A DNA stretch of 63,203 nt, the filler included, from Globobulimina sp. (taxonomy: Eukaryota): assembly GCA_003354225.1 (NCBI GenBank). It is 13 parts of 13 records of this genome, joined end to end, with 100 filler letters (N's around TTAATTAATTAA, not from the genome) between each part and the next. Parts side by side here need not be neighbours in the genome. Positions count along the whole stretch, not along the records: positions 38,986 to 43,750 come from PIVH01000937.1; positions 43,851 to 48,614 come from PIVH01000938.1; positions 48,715 to 53,478 come from PIVH01000939.1; 10 more parts are not named here. The stretch is one strand, 5' to 3'. The translations under genes were made by a program, and so were the position numbers. Below, one piece after another: positions 39,034 to 53,578 of the stretch (positions are counted from its first letter, which is position 1; each line of letters opens with the position of its first letter). The notes under the pieces were generated by a model. That model had not been told where the DNA came from, ran no database searches, and was given only the letters and a program-made list of their open reading frames with translations.

Positions 39034-39573
39034 TTATATGGATTCAACAAATGTTTCAACATCCATAACATCGTATTTTTTACATAAATCTTTAAAATAT
39101 TTTGGTAAACTCATTTGCTGATAGTTTTGATATAATTCAGCTCCTTTTTCAATATTTTTAATGCTAAAACAAAGCAAATATTCGTCATCTTCATCATATT
39201 TAGCCACAAAATTAACATCTTTCGTTGAATGATTGGTACAATGACTTTTAACATTTATATGACATTTGCCTTTACGAAAAGATGCAACAAAATTGCTTAA
39301 ACCAGTTATTATCTCTTTTTTCGTGACATCTGGGAATGATGAGGAATAAATATCAATTAATATTTCTAATTCACTCAAATTATTGATCAAAATCACATTG
39401 CCATCATCAAATATTTCATCTTTATTCTTGATAACATTTATTAATTTACGTTTTAATATTAATTTATTTTTGGGTATATATTCATTTGTAAATCGCCCAT
39501 TTCCTGCATCTGCAATCATTGATTTCTTAATGGTGCAATTAACCAAATAAATATCATCGTTGCTGCCTATCAA
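39034..39573 (-). CDS. SET-domain protein (probably has a short upstream exon)
   Basis: AGNGRF, TNHS..VN and IEKGAELYQNY. Confidence 0.8.
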   Translation of the reverse strand: MIGSNDDIYLVNCTIKKSMIADAGNGRFTNEYIPKNKLILKRKLINVIKNKDEIFDDGNVILINNLSELEILIDIYSSSFPDVTKKEIITGLSNFVASFRKGKCHINVKSHCTNHSTKDVNFVAKYDEDDEYLLCFSIKNIEKGAELYQNYQQMSLPKYFKDLCKKYDVMDVETFVESI

Positions 39574-40128
39574 TCATTGACGTATATTGTTATAATAATA
39601 TAATGTATTATTAATTACATTTTACGAACCTGAACCAATAGATTTCTTGAATGGTAATTCCATTTTTGAATTTGATACAGATGATAACAATTTTGGGTAA
39701 TTCCATTTTTGAATTTGGTAATTCAATTTGTGTGACACAAATTTTGGTACTCGCAACCTTCTAATCATGTTAATATGTTCTAGATTTTATATAAGATGTG
39801 AGAATAATTGTCTTGAAGATACGTTTCTGCAAAGTTGAATTGAAAAAGCTTTTACTAACGCAGTTTTTTTCTGTGACATAAAAAGTGCGTTGAAACGCAA
39901 ACTGGCGTTATCTTCGTTTGCGCCAACGTAGATTTCATGGCAGTGCTGACATCTGTGACACGATTGACGATTAGCGAGGTCCAAAGAAATACTCTAGTGT
40001 TTAAATTTAAAAAAATCAGGTTGTGCAAGGATTTGTACTAACTGACTAAATCTGTTATTTAATTGAAATAATTAAAACTCATTATCAATATTAATGATTA
40101 TAAATACAAAGTGAAGTCTAGCGTAAAT

Positions 40129-41252
40129 TCAATCCTCTTCAACATCTTTCCAACTCCCAGCAATTCCTGCAATTCCATCATCATCATATGCTGATATACG
40201 ACTTTCATCGCCGGCATCCTCACTCACTTTTTTATACGTATCATTATCATAGGCATCACTATCAACTCTACCTTTTGCAGTTTCTCTCTGTTCTTCTGAT
40301 TCCTCAATCATTCCAGCATCGACATCCGATTCTTTTCTGTTTTTGCTTAAAAATTTCGTTCTTATATCCCCTGCCTTCTTAAAATCAATGGAAACCTCGT
40401 TATCACACATACGAAACAAAAACAATCCCCAATATATCCACAACATTGCACAGGATATACAACACACATAATAGCCACCGGAGCCTGTTCGAACCATCTT
40501 TCTCCTGCATATTCATATACATATTATTAAATTATATATTATTTTACATCAAATCGAGCATACTTTGTAAGAACATCACCAATATCACCATTCACACATT
40601 GCACAGAATACACAATCAATCCAAATGTAACAAAAGCAGGAGCGAAGAATGCAACTAATGAACGGATAAATTTATTTTTAAATGCATTCTGATCCTGACA
40701 ACATTTATTGACCACTTTAGGAAATGTATTAATTATCATCGTGACTGCAGTTATAAGCAATGCTGAAATCACAAAAAAAAATGTACCACCACCAGCGGAG
40801 CCACATTGTTCTGAATATTTATCCCATTCCGCCACATCCTGCATAAAATTAGAGACTTGGTCAAATGTTAAAGCGGTACACATGATGATGTCATTTAATA
40901 CGGCGCCACCAATGTAGGCGGGCAAGGTGCCTTTCACAAAGGTCTGGCATAATTGCGATGCGGTTAATGTCATATAGACATCCACGGTGAATGTTAATTC
41001 ATGCACTGATGGCACAGTGCCATTATTGGCTGTTTTATTGCAGGTGGGTTGATCTAAAATATAGACCGGATTTTGAGGCGAGGATTGTGTTATTTTACAC
41101 CATGGTAACTCTCGACCGATTAATGATAAAACTAACCCAAAAAAACACAATGCCAAAATGCAGCGACGAATATCGTTGACTCGTTTGTTCATTGATGAGT
41201 AGACCACTCCGTAGCGAGGTTTTTGGGAATACATTTTTTTGCTATACTGCAA
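40129..41252 (-). CDS. Four-TM (claudin-like topology) membrane protein, 2 exons
   Basis: ORFs 40539..41252 and 40129..40497; four hydrophobic segments and a Cys-containing first loop. Confidence 0.5.
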
Positions 41253-41260
41253 TACGGATC

Positions 41261-43750
41261 ATGTCGTATATATATACTTCACCCAGTCCAGAATACTCTG
41301 TAAATGCGAGTCATTCCACTGCATCGACATTCTCGTCACAAATCTCATGGAGTCATATCACACAACACAAATGTCAATATATTAAAATGGTACTGGGCTT
41401 ACTATGGCTAACATTTATATCCGTATTAATAATTTTTATTTCAATTGTATTTGATTCACATAGAGAGCCATGGAATGCTTCTTTTGCGTATATGAAATAT
41501 TTAACATACTCGCAAATATATTATATTGTGCTAATAATATTTGAATGGACCATATTATCAATTTGTATATTATTTTTATGTCAATATTTCATTTTACCCG
41601 CATTATTACCAACAATCTATCACCGTCCATTCAAAGCATATATACCTGGCACTAAACACATATACAAACAAAATCAGATTGCTCGTAGTCATCACGCCTT
41701 ACTATTATCGCCAAAACAAGACAACAGCACCAGTGCATCCCTCAAAATACAACAAAAAAATGCGAAAAAGGCCGCCCTTAATCGAGAGAAAAGTATACCA
41801 CGAACAGATAACCGATGCTCAATTATTTGTCAGTATGTATTCACTGCCAAGTGGACTGTATATAATTTGATGTTAATCCCAGCCGTACTGTTTCATTTGG
41901 TGCACGTGACTGTAATAATTACCTCGTATTGGTGTCAGCAGACACACGAAGGCATCGTAGACTCCATAATACAAATTATCTATCATATAACCCGCGCATT
42001 TAGTGACATATTGCCTGGTTTGTGCTTGATTATGTATTTGAAGGCAAAGGAGGTGTACGATCCGGTTGAGTCATACATAAAAAAATATGAAAGACAAATA
42101 TTACATAAAGAAGTCCATTTTATGCGTAAGAACTCAAATGGTTCCATTGCGACCACAGAAGCAAATGCAAATATATTTAAGTATTTGGATAATACGCAAA
42201 CACTCGCTGCGGTTCATTCCATTTTAAGTTACTGTCCGGTTAAAATATGGTTATTATTCGCAATCTCGTTCTCTTTGTATCATTATTTATTTTGGCCCGC
42301 TGCGAACGGATTGTTATTTCAGGAGTTTGTGGATGATTATAAATGTATATATAATCCTGGTGACACACAAAATACATACAATGATATGTATTTTGTGTTA
42401 GAAATGTGTATTTTACGTCCATTTAATGGAATGATATTGACCTATACGATATTCTTAGCATTGCCGATTGGAAGACATCATTCCTCGCAATTGCTTGGAT
42501 TTAAATCTATTTTATCGCCAACCATATTTGCTATAATTGTCTTCCTTGAGATGATCGAATTGCGTTTCTTTACCGATGACACTTTGCACTTTCTTATTTC
42601 TGCAGTAATGACATTAATCTATTTAATAACTTGTATTTGGTGCTTAATATTATTGTGCAGCTTAATGGCATTGCAAAGCTCTGCGGACAGACAACGGCAC
42701 AGATTCCATGCATACAGAGAGCCGCAGTCATTTATTGTTTTGTTTGAAGGCGTATTTATAATAATATTATATGTGTTATGTTTTGGATTTATTCTCAGGT
42801 ACTCCGGGCTTATATAATTAAACGTTTTTCTCCTTTGCAGTATTAAATATTGCGAACATATACCAAATACAAACGTTTTTTAATTGATTTGTATATGTTG
42901 ATAATATATTTAATATTGATAATTGTTTTAGAAATGAAGAAAATGAAAATGAAACTGGATATTTGTCCAATTATATTCGAGAAGCAGCCATTTTAATATT
43001 CAATATTGTGCAAATATTTATGTTATTTCCACTGCGAATCATTGGAATCGAGCCAGGTATTACAAAAAATTATTTCTTAAATTCATCAAAATCGAAATAT
43101 AAAACAACCTTTCAATGGATAGCATTGCTTAATTTTGTAACATTTATCTATTCATTTATATTTATTGCGAATAATTATGCCTCAATGGTATGGGGCGGAT
43201 TTAAGTGGGATGAATCGAATAATTATCAAAATGCTGCAAATGCAATGTATGTATTGTCATATACTTTTACTTTTTGTATGCCGTATTATTCCATTTGGGC
43301 AATATCGCAATATGATAAATGGGTTAATTTGCAGCTTGATAATTTATCATATCCTGAATCGGAATTTTCTGTGAATAATATTGAAAAGGGAGATGCTCAA
43401 ATATTATCACAATGTGATGATGAAATCAAAGAACAACAAAGACATAGAATACAATCCGAGACGACTGAAATGTCAATATCGGCAAAACAATGTGCTGCGA
43501 ATAGTGATATTAGTAAAAGGATCCGGAGCACTCCAAAAACAATAAAAAGAAGTAAACTTACACAGAGACAGAGACAGAGACAAAGAAGAAATAGAACTAA
43601 ATCTGAAGGCTGTAAATCATTGGATATTGGTACTCATAATAATGGACAGCATGCAATCACGCCAAGTATTCCTGAAAATTATAATCAAACTATGGATTTA
43701 TTTGATCCTTCAAATATACCTGAAATCCCTCAATTCTTTGAAGATGAATT
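41261..43750 (+). CDS. Hypothetical multipass membrane protein, 2 exons; 3'-truncated
   Basis: ORFs 41192..42817 and 42963..43802 separated by an AT-rich, intron-like GT..AG gap; many TM helices. Confidence 0.55.
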
Positions 43751-43850
43751 NNNNNNNNNNNNNNNNNNNNNNNNNNNNNNNNNNNNNNNNNNNNTTAATT
43801 AATTAANNNNNNNNNNNNNNNNNNNNNNNNNNNNNNNNNNNNNNNNNNNN

Positions 43851-45213
43851 GTTGGCACTGGGGTTGATTTTGTGCGGCAGCGGCAACAAGCAGTGGTATG
43901 AAGAGATGATAGCGTATTCGCACGAGACGCAGCATGAGAAGATCCAACGCGGCCTGGTGTTGGGCATTGCCATTATTTTTTACAACTTGCAAGAACAAGC
44001 GCAGTATGCCATTGATCGGCTAATCAGCGACAAGTCGGAGACGATACGGTACGGCGGATGCTATTGCATCGGCTTAGCGTACGCGGCCACGGGCAACACC
44101 ACCGCCATCTCGTCGTTGTTGCATTTGGCAGTGTCCGATGTGAGCAATGATGTGCGGCGCGCGGCGGTGACCAATATCGGCTTTGTGCTATGCAACAAAC
44201 CGTCGCAAGTGCCCAAAGTGGTGCAGTTGTTGGCCAACTCGTATAACGAGCATGTGCGGTATGGCGCGGCCGCCGCGTTGGGCATTGCTTGTGCGGGGAG
44301 CGGCAATCGCGAAGCTTTGCGGATTTTGAAGATATTGTGTCGGGATAAGGTGGATTATGTGCGGCAGGCGGCGCTGATCAGCATTGGGATGTTGTTGCAG
44401 CAGCATAATAACACGGAGTGCAGCGAGATGGACGAGATCCGCAATGTGTATTTGCAGGGCACCTCCATTGATAAGAGGGAGCCGACCATGTGCCAAATGG
44501 GCGCGATCTTAGGCTGCGGTTTGATTGACTCTGCGGGGCGCAATGCGACCATCTCTTTGTTTAATAAGCACTCATCGACGAAGAAGCAGTATTCTATCAT
44601 CGGGATGGCGATATTCTGGCAGTATTGGTATTGGTATCCGTTGATTCCGTTTATTACATTGTGTTTACAGCCGACGATGATTATGTGTTTGAACAAAGAC
44701 CTTAAAATGGTGAAAATTAATTGTATCAGCAAGGAAAAGAACAAATCGTTATTTAAATATGTGGAGAAGATAAAGGAGCTCAATCTTAAGAAGAAGAAGA
44801 AGCAAATTCGTGTGTCGTTGTCTATTGCGGCGAAGACGAAGCAAAGACAGGATAAGAAAAAGAAGGATATAAATTCGGAGGACGGCGATGTTGAAATGAA
44901 ACAAGAAACAGAGACGGCGGGCTCTACAGATAAGGAAAGCAAAGAATTGCGCGATTTGGAGGAGAAGAAAGATGCGAGTTCGGATGGCTTATTGTCAAAC
45001 CCTTCGCGAGTCACTCCCAATCAAATAAAATATGTGCAATGGATTGATATGCGATATAAACCATTAACGAAACGGTTATCGGGATTTGTGATGGTCGAAG
45101 ATACGAAACCGGAGCAAGAGATCCAATTTGTGGAACAAACTGCAATTCCGGATGGTGGTCTATATGGCGATGAGCCCAAAGTGCCCAAACCGTTCTTATA
45201 TTTAGGACAATGA
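43851..45213 (+). CDS. PSMD1: 26S proteasome regulatory subunit Rpn2/PSMD1; 5'-truncated
   Basis: ETQHEKIQRG, LLHLAVSDVSNDVRRAAV, SYNEHVRYGAA, QYWYWYPL and NPSRV. Confidence 0.95.
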
Positions 45214-45471
45214 ATATGACTCGACTCCATCTGATGATATATGACCGTCGTCCCTTTTTAATTTCATATCTACTTTCATTTCTGTCATATTTTTAAAACT
45301 TAAACCTAAAACACACACAATCTTTTTTCACAAATTCAGACTAGTGCTTAATTCGAACAACATATTTTTTTTTAGGCTTACACTTCTAAACACTAGGTCA
45401 ACTTCGAATACTACTCCGAGTAACACCTCTCTAATACGTCTAAAGACCATCATATCACGGACGTCGACAGA

Positions 45472-48400
45472 ATGTTTATTAACAGCACATCAACAGTTTG
45501 CATTACTGCCACAATTATGTTTTCCGTATTATTTATATTATGCATTATTTTATCATATGATATGTCGAAATCGTTTCAAACAATTTCAAAAAAACAAACT
45601 AAAATCTCTGTGATATCATATTTAATATCATTTGGAGTCGCATCTTTATCCTTTATCATTAACAACATAGTAAAATATCTGACATTGTCAACATCCACTT
45701 CTCAGACATCCCAATTAAAAGCCATTCAAATTTTATCCTTATTCACTCGATTTGTTTCATACTGCACCCTTTACATTTCTATTGCACATTTTTTAAAAAT
45801 TAAACTTGAGCAATCATATCAAAACACCTTTCTATCCATCAATAGATTATTCATCAATATCTGTTTTATTGTTTATGTGATATCTGCGATTATCTCCATC
45901 GGTTTATTTGTTGTCGTCAATTGTTTCGGTGAATATTATTCCAATTTATCCAATGATGCATTCCAGACCGCATTAGCTTGGGCAACACTGCAATTTTCTG
46001 TAATTTTAAACATTTATCTTATTTTAATATTGGTTTTATTTAATGTCAAATTGCACAAATTCCTGGCACTAACATTAGAAAACGATGTCCGTTTATCATT
46101 GGCAATTAATAGCAAAGCAACAAACAAAATCATTCAACAAACCACTTTAATGAGCGGCATTATAGCGGCCAGCTTAATATTTCAAATCATGTACTTTATT
46201 CGGTGGATTATTAACTCAAATAACCGTGATATTACAATGTGTTATGATTTATTATATGCCTTTTTTTTACTATCCTCATTGATTTGCATTTATTTAACAT
46301 TTCAAGTTAATTCACATCGTTATGCTCTTTGGTGTAAATACTGTCATATTTGCTGCATTTATGTGTGCTCAAAAACATTTAATGCCGAAAATGAAATCGT
46401 ATATGTTTCCTTACCTCGTACATCAATATCAAAATTACCAATGGTCTCAAGGTTACATTCAAACAAAAGTGAGATGCCATTGAATCAAAATCAAATGCCA
46501 GTATCCTGCAACGACAATGCCTCCCACTGTTCCTTTGTGGATAAGTTATGTGATATATTACAGAAACATGGAGACGACATATTTGACGTACAATTCATAG
46601 CCAATTGCAATTCGTATAAGTTATGTGATATTTTAAATACGTTTCACCACTTATTAGAATTTCATGATTCACCACACGACTTTGACATAATTTATGCACA
46701 ATTAACCAGTGATGCTGCGATAAAATCGATTAAATGTGATTATAAAAATTGTAAATTACACTCGAGACATTACGCAAGACGCAGACCAACAAATAAACCA
46801 CATTTAGATCAGCGGAGTGCACAGAAATGCATTTTAGATAAAATACATTCATTTTATTATCATTCTTATGACACTCATTTGAGAAATACTGTGGAAGAAA
46901 GAAAATTAAATGAAAATGAAAGAGTACCATATATGCTCCAGATGTTGCGCTCTGACGTTGATTTGGAAGAGGATCTTAATGATAATTTTAGCAACAAATT
47001 TAATTCAAGCTTTTGCATAAAAGAACATGACGACAACAATGCTCTTTACAGTTTCGGGCAAAGATTTGAATATTATGACTATAACAATAGGTGGCATGTT
47101 GCTGCTCGTTATGCTACGTTGAAAGAAGAACTTATTGGCAATGCAACGTGCAATATTCCAGTTGCAATTTACAACTCAGAATATGAAAAATGTGTGGAAT
47201 ATGTTGAAACAAATCGTTTCAAAATGGTACAACATAGAAATGAGAACAAAGGCTTGCTCATTCATCATATTTTGTCACTGCTAATATATTGCAATTGCGA
47301 CACATATCAGAATATATGGAGTGCTACGTACAGATATTTAGCAAATCATGAAACTGACAAAGAATTAAAGCAACGGCATTCTTATTTTTATAATTTGTCG
47401 CTTTATTTGCGAGAATTGATTGAAGATTTTGGACAAAGATTAATTGAAATTGACGCAAATCAAACTTTTTATCATGGCGTGAATAAATTGATGTATTTCA
47501 CTCGGACCATGACCCAATTCAATGCACCTTTGAGTACTTCGACTGAAATTAATGTTGCTTTGCATTTTAGCAATGGCGTTGGCATCGTGTTGCAATTAAA
47601 ATATGCATCCTCGACATACCCATTAAATGCAAAGTTTTTCGATTGCTCATATTTCTCAGGTTTGACTTGTGTTTGAATGTAAGTACTGTTTGACATCTAT
47701 GTATAGACAGATTATGTCAACGAGAAAGAATGTTTGTTTATCGGAGGCATCCCGCAAATGATTATTATTAATATTATCAACGCAAACAATGGTCAACTGT
47801 ATGGCAAAGAAATCAATGCATTAAATATAATTAATTGTATATTCAATGGAACCTTTAGCAAAAATAGTAATAATTATATCTGTACAGACAAGTCATTAGC
47901 TTTATGTTGTTATTTGTTGTGTTATCAATTGCAAGCAAAGGGTGCTGGTGATTGTGATGTGGAAGAAGCGAGTGATAATATCAAGGATGGAATGTCCACA
48001 TTTTATTGGATCAACTCCGAAGTGTCGAGCCGATATGATTTTGAATTGAATGCAATTCCACCATATATTGCACATTTAGTGAATGAATTTTGTGTAAATC
48101 TGAAGAGTATCATGGTTTTTTGGGATCAGATAAGTATGATTCAAGATATGCAGCAATTACTTTGCAATTACAACAACAAGCAAATATTTTTTGATCTTGA
48201 TATATTATTACAATTATTTCCCAGTTTGCAGCAAATTGAATATTGTAATGATACAATAAAAGATTTGCAATTTATTGACGAGATTATATCTCGTGTGGTT
48301 AAGCAGAGTACCAATAATAATCTCAAATATGTAGTAATTCATCACAAAAGTTCGGCGTTAGCTCAATTGGAACATATTTCAATGGCGGACTGGAATTTAT

Positions 48401-48534
48401 ATCGAGATTCAAAAGGAATAATTTTGTATCAGGGCTGCAGTGAAATTAATCGAAATGTGTTAAATTTACGCTATAAACAAATTATTCAGGCCTCGACATC
48501 CACGCAAATGAACAATAATTTAGAAGCTGAATGA
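45472..48534 (+). CDS. 7TM-like N-terminus fused to an ADP-ribosyltransferase-like domain, 2 exons
   Basis: About 7 TM helices, then FYHGV, APLSTST and FFDCSYFS|DYVNEKECLF across a GT-AG intron at 47660-47710. Confidence 0.65.
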
Positions 48535-48714
48535 ATTTTAACAATCCTCGACATTTCGTAGTTTTAATTTGTTTTTGCCGTTATAACTATTTCGGAAACA
48601 ATTCCCCATAAAACNNNNNNNNNNNNNNNNNNNNNNNNNNNNNNNNNNNNNNNNNNNNTTAATTAATTAANNNNNNNNNNNNNNNNNNNNNNNNNNNNNN
48701 NNNNNNNNNNNNNN

Positions 48715-49120
48715 CGGTATTTGCATTCCAAAGCCATCTACTTCCAATACATACAGATTGCCCTTTGAACTGACCAATAAATGTTTGTACAACAATTTTA
48801 TACCGCGGAATATCTAATTCTTTGATTTTTTCTTTTATTTCCGATGATATTTTTTGTGATAATTTTTGAATGTTTTCAATATCATCATATTTTAAATCAT
48901 CGTTTAAATTTTCTTTCAATACAATATCAATCTGTTTTTTTGCTAAATGCGCTTTAAACTTTTTCTGTGGTTCGATGCGATACGTATTTTCCCATATTTC
49001 TATTATTGGTGCTACAGCTTTCTCACTTTCTTCCTCTTCTGCTAATTGTTTATTTTTCCGGTTTGATGTTTTGTTATATGTCGATTTTCTCGATGCAATG
49101 GATTTTCTAGATGTTGCCAT
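48715..49120 (-). CDS. Tctex1-family dynein light chain; 3'-truncated
   Basis: ENTYRIEP.KKF and PRYKIVVQTFIGQFKGQSV..SRWLWN. Confidence 0.88.
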
Positions 49121-49178
49121 AGAAAATGACAAGAAAAACAGACAAAGATATTTTGTGTCAAAAAAACAAGCCACTTTC

Positions 49179-50524
49179 ATGTCAAGCAACGAATCGTCTG
49201 TCGAGTGTTTGACCTTTGGTTTCGTTCGTGAAACCATTCAAGACATTGATGGTTGGGATATAATTCCATTTGATGTGATTGGATTGTGTCATTTATATTA
49301 TACGGTATGTATATAGTCGTTTATATTCAATTAAAAAAATCAAAACAAAAACCAAAATTGTATGTATTTAAGGTTCAAGTAAATATATTTTTATTTTGTG
49401 GCTATCAATATGGAAAAGATATAAGTTTAAATGGAATGCTTTGTGTTAATATGAATGAGAAAAAACGAATTAAATTTAATATTTATAATGTTGAAAGTGA
49501 TGAAAATGATGAAAATGATGATGATAAACAACAGCACGAAAACGAAGAAGCAGAAGACAGATTAAATTGGGAAGAAAATGAGACAAATCCAAAGGATGCG
49601 ACATTAACTAACGATTGGCATACAATTAAAAGTGGATATTGTTACACAAATAATCTTGATTTGCCATCATTTATAATAAATAAATACAGCAAATTAAAAG
49701 ACCAATTATCAGGTTCTAAGTTATGTGGTATCTTTAAATGCGGTGGAAGACAAACCTCGACATTTAATCGAATAACAAATGTTTCCAGCATAATATTTAA
49801 AGCAAAGGATATAAATTGGAGAAGGAAAGAAAATGATGCAATAATAAATGCATATCATTTAAAATTACCATCAACACCAATTGCAGCAACCGTTGAGTGT
49901 CTATGTAGTGCATATTATGGATTGTATAATATCTACGATGGTTCAAAGTGTGTTTGGAGATTACCATTTGATAAATGGCAGTGGATAAAAATGAATAATA
50001 TGAATTATACGCATTATAAAGGCTCATTATGTGTTGTAAATGGTATTGATAGATATAACGAAAAATTATTTATTTGTGGTGGATATAGGTTTGATGGAAA
50101 TAAGTGTGAAATGTTAGATGTTTATAACAAGAAATGGCATATTTTGCCAAATCTTTTATATAAAGTGACACAAAGTGGAATAAAATATGATTTTTGCAAA
50201 AATAGAATATATATTGGTGGTGGTTCAAGGGCTTATTCCAGACAAAGAAATTCATCAAATTTAAGTTCATATTATGATGTTATTAAAAATAAATGGTATA
50301 AATTAGCAAAAACAAATTATGAACATAGCCATCATCCACTTATATTTATTAATGATAGACAACCAAATATTTTATATATTTGTGGCAATGATCAACATGA
50401 TATTGGATTTTCGGAATATTTGGACTTAAGAAGAAAAAAAGAATGGGAAATAGTTAATAACGATGGCCAATTGCATGAATATTTTAATAAAAAAGATGTA
50501 TTAATTAAAAGGCTTTGTGCTTAA
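49179..50524 (+). CDS. Kelch-repeat protein with an N-terminal GF..IP..V..LC..YY motif; spliced
   Basis: Exon 1 from ATG 49179 (donor at about 49305); kelch blades LFICGG..CEMLD..W and IYIGGG..YYD..KW. Confidence 0.75.
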
Positions 50525-50650
50525 GTTAGTTGGTTCTGCGTTAACTTTTTGTTGCAAATTTTGTAAATGTTTAGTGAGCAAAAAAAAAACTAAAGTAAAC
50601 AAATTATAGGAAAGCCAAAACAACCGAGATAAAATATAAAAATCAATAAA

Positions 50651-51913
50651 TTAATATCTATTTCTATTGCTTGTGTTGTAAACTATTCTGTTTTTTTCAT
50701 TTTCTTCTTTTTTTATTTTATTGGCAATAGAATCCAACGACGTAAATAAATCACCCATACCTAATGCATCATTTTTTGTTTTTTTATTTTGATTTGCAAT
50801 TTTATTTAGGGAATATGCATAATTATTATCTTCATTCTTTTTCTTGTTTTTCTTTTCATTGTTATCATTATTATATTTATTTTCATATTTTTTCTTTTCT
50901 TTTTCTTTGCGTTTTAAATCTTTTTCTTTTGCTTTTTCAAATTCTAATTTCTCTCTTTCTTGACGCTGTTTTTCTTGTTGTTGTCTTAATTGTATTCTCT
51001 CCATTTTATCGTTTTCAATCTGTTGCTCCAAATCATCAAAATCAAAGTCAAAATCGCCGTCATCATCATTCATTTTATTCACTTCATTTGGTTTAAATAA
51101 TTTTTTATTACTCTTCTTATCCATTTTTTTTTTATCACCATTACCATCTCCAAAATCATCTAAATCATCAAAATCTGCATCATCCAAAAATGGATTTTTC
51201 TTATTTTTCTTTTTTTTCTTATTTTTTGAGATTATGTGCGATTGATACATTGTATGTGATGTTGCCGCATTGTCGTGAAATTTAGCAATTTCCTCTTTTT
51301 TTTTAGCAGATATTAATGATACGCCTTTACTCGATGTCGATGATGAGGATGAATCTGAATCAGTATCACTCGATGAATCTGTATCGTTGTAATATTTTTT
51401 GCTCCTTTTTGTTTTATGATGGTGGCGATGATGTTTTTTTTTATTTTTTTTTTTATCTTTAATATATTTTATGATTTGTTCATTTATATCATTATCTAAC
51501 TGAAATTGTTTTACTTTTTGATCTAAGAATGTTTTATAAATTCTAGCTGGTTTACTGCAATATTTATTTTCGATTGATTTAGTTCGCGAGTTTAAACTGT
51601 TTACATTGATGCCGTGTTTTGCAAAATGTTCCGTTGCATTTGCATTGCCGCCGGCAAACATACGTTTTAATTGTGATACGGTCCATCCATCCATAGTCGT
51701 ACTACGAACAAACGAGATATGGACACCTAAGCGTCGATGCACGCCACTGCAATTTGTACATAATAATACTCCAAACGTCACGGAGGCCCATTGCGGATTC
51801 TTCTCAGGGCAATCAAAGCATTTCTTATTTTCTAATTTGCCACGTGCTTTTGCTAATAAATGTGTGGCTATCGTGTTTGGTATATTTGTCGTATCATCAA
51901 CACGTTTGGGCAT
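50651..51913 (-). CDS. ADP-ribosylation factor GTPase-activating protein (ArfGAP)
   Basis: CFDC...[33 protein letters not shown]. Confidence 0.93.
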   Translation of the reverse strand: MPKRVDDTTNIPNTIATHLLAKARGKLENKKCFDCPEKNPQWASVTFGVLLCTNCSGVHRRLGVHISFVRSTTMDGWTVSQLKRMFAGGNANATEHFAKHGINVNSLNSRTKSIENKYCSKPARIYKTFLDQKVKQFQLDNDINEQIIKYIKDKKKNKKKHHRHHHKTKRSKKYYNDTDSSSDTDSDSSSSSTSSKGVSLISAKKKEEIAKFHDNAATSHTMYQSHIISKNKKKKKNKKNPFLDDADFDDLDDFGDGNGDKKKMDKKSNKKLFKPNEVNKMNDDDGDFDFDFDDLEQQIENDKMERIQLRQQQEKQRQEREKLEFEKAKEKDLKRKEKEKKKYENKYNNDNNEKKNKKKNEDNNYAYSLNKIANQNKKTKNDALGMGDLFTSLDSIANKIKKEENEKNRIVYNTSNRNRY

Positions 51914-52205
51914 ATTACTAATAATATATTCCCTTTAAATATTGCGATATTGCGAAGCTATGATTCTTGTACTTTGTTCCTCAGTTCAATTATTTAACAT
52001 TTTCGAAAATTAGATCAAGAGCGTTCCGAAAGAGCGTTTGTCAGTGCAGTAAAATATGAATGACAACTAATTATCGTACAAGGTCACTGAGAAAAAAAAC
52101 CAAGACCAAACAATTCAATCAAAAAGAAAAATAAAAACAGAAACAGAAAAACATAAATAAAAACATTTAATATCTATATAATGTTTTTTTTTAATTAATA
52201 TATAG

Positions 52206-53478
52206 CTAAATATTAACAGTTTGACCATTGTCGTAAATGGGAAATTGAACAGTCCGTTGATTTTGGTTAAATTGACAATTTGATCGTGGAAATTGAATAT
52301 TATTTGGATTAATTGAATGAACCATATTATTTTGATTTGGATGATATAAAGTGAATGGTACATTTTTTTGATTTGTTCCATTATCCCAATATTGATAATT
52401 TAAATTATTATCTGTCATATAAACTTGTTGTTGCTCTCGCTGTTCATGTTGCAAATGCTGTAAATTTAAGATATCATCGGGATTTGGAAAAGTTGGTGGA
52501 TTTGCAATATTTGGTGGTATATTTGGAACAGTGACATTAATGGGATGATAATGCGGATTATGATGCTGTTGTTGATGTTGATTATTATAATTTCGATGAT
52601 TAACTGAATTCGAAGCAAATGTTGATTCTGAATTGTTATCTTTTGTATTATCTTGTTTTGTATCAACATCATGATCATCATTATTCTGATTCTGATTATT
52701 TTGATTATTTGTGATTGGAGATAATACATTCTCCGCTTCTTCTGATAAAAATGATTCATTTGAGTCTGACTTTGATTTTGATTTTGAATTTTGTTTGCTG
52801 TGACTGTGTGTTTGTAATTTATTTATCATTTTTTCAGTTGAATTGCTATTATGTTTCAAATGTGAAGCAACAATTTGTGACATATGCTGTTGTTGACTCT
52901 GACTCTGACTGTGACTCTGATTATGAATCGCAGGGAAACCAGAAATTACAGAGTCGGCAGTCATAAAATTATATCGATTTAATGAAGAATTACCGGAAAT
53001 ACTCATCTTATCTGAAATCGCATTCCCAGAACACTCAGACGACTGAAATGACATTGAATGTTGACTGTTATGCCGAGCTCTGGTTATTACATTGTTATTA
53101 TTTATATTATTATTATTATTTTGATTGTCGTTGTTTGATATATTTGCAGCAATATTTGTATTTGTGCCAATCAAGAGCGCAATTTGCGATTGTAACTGTT
53201 TTAATTGATTTGCTTTTTTATTATATTCCAATTTATAGTCAATGATACCGTTGGTTTGTGGGATCGGTATTGTATTTACAGATTGTTTGTATTTTTGTTT
53301 CCAATGATTCAATTCTTGCATAGTATTATTTAATTCCATTTGTGTTTCGCCTAAGGATATCTTAAAGGAATGCAGTTCATTTGTTAATTTACTCAGTTGT
53401 ATGGCATATGATGTGCATTGCGAGCAATATCCCGATGGTTTCTTGCTGGATATAATGGGCATATTCATTGGTATTACA
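52206..53478 (-). CDS. Low-complexity N/Q/S-rich coiled-coil protein; 5'-truncated
   Basis: 420-aa ORF running up to the contig end. Confidence 0.55.
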
Positions 53479-53578
53479 NNNNNNNNNNNNNNNNNNNNNN
53501 NNNNNNNNNNNNNNNNNNNNNNTTAATTAATTAANNNNNNNNNNNNNNNNNNNNNNNNNNNNNNNNNNNNNNNNNNNN

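Noticed and set aside
44061-45230. Antisense ORFs such as 44355..45020, and similar ones opposite other genes (12495..12893, 15633..16034, 57567..57989)
   Set aside because: Shadow ORFs on the opposite strand of well-supported genes.
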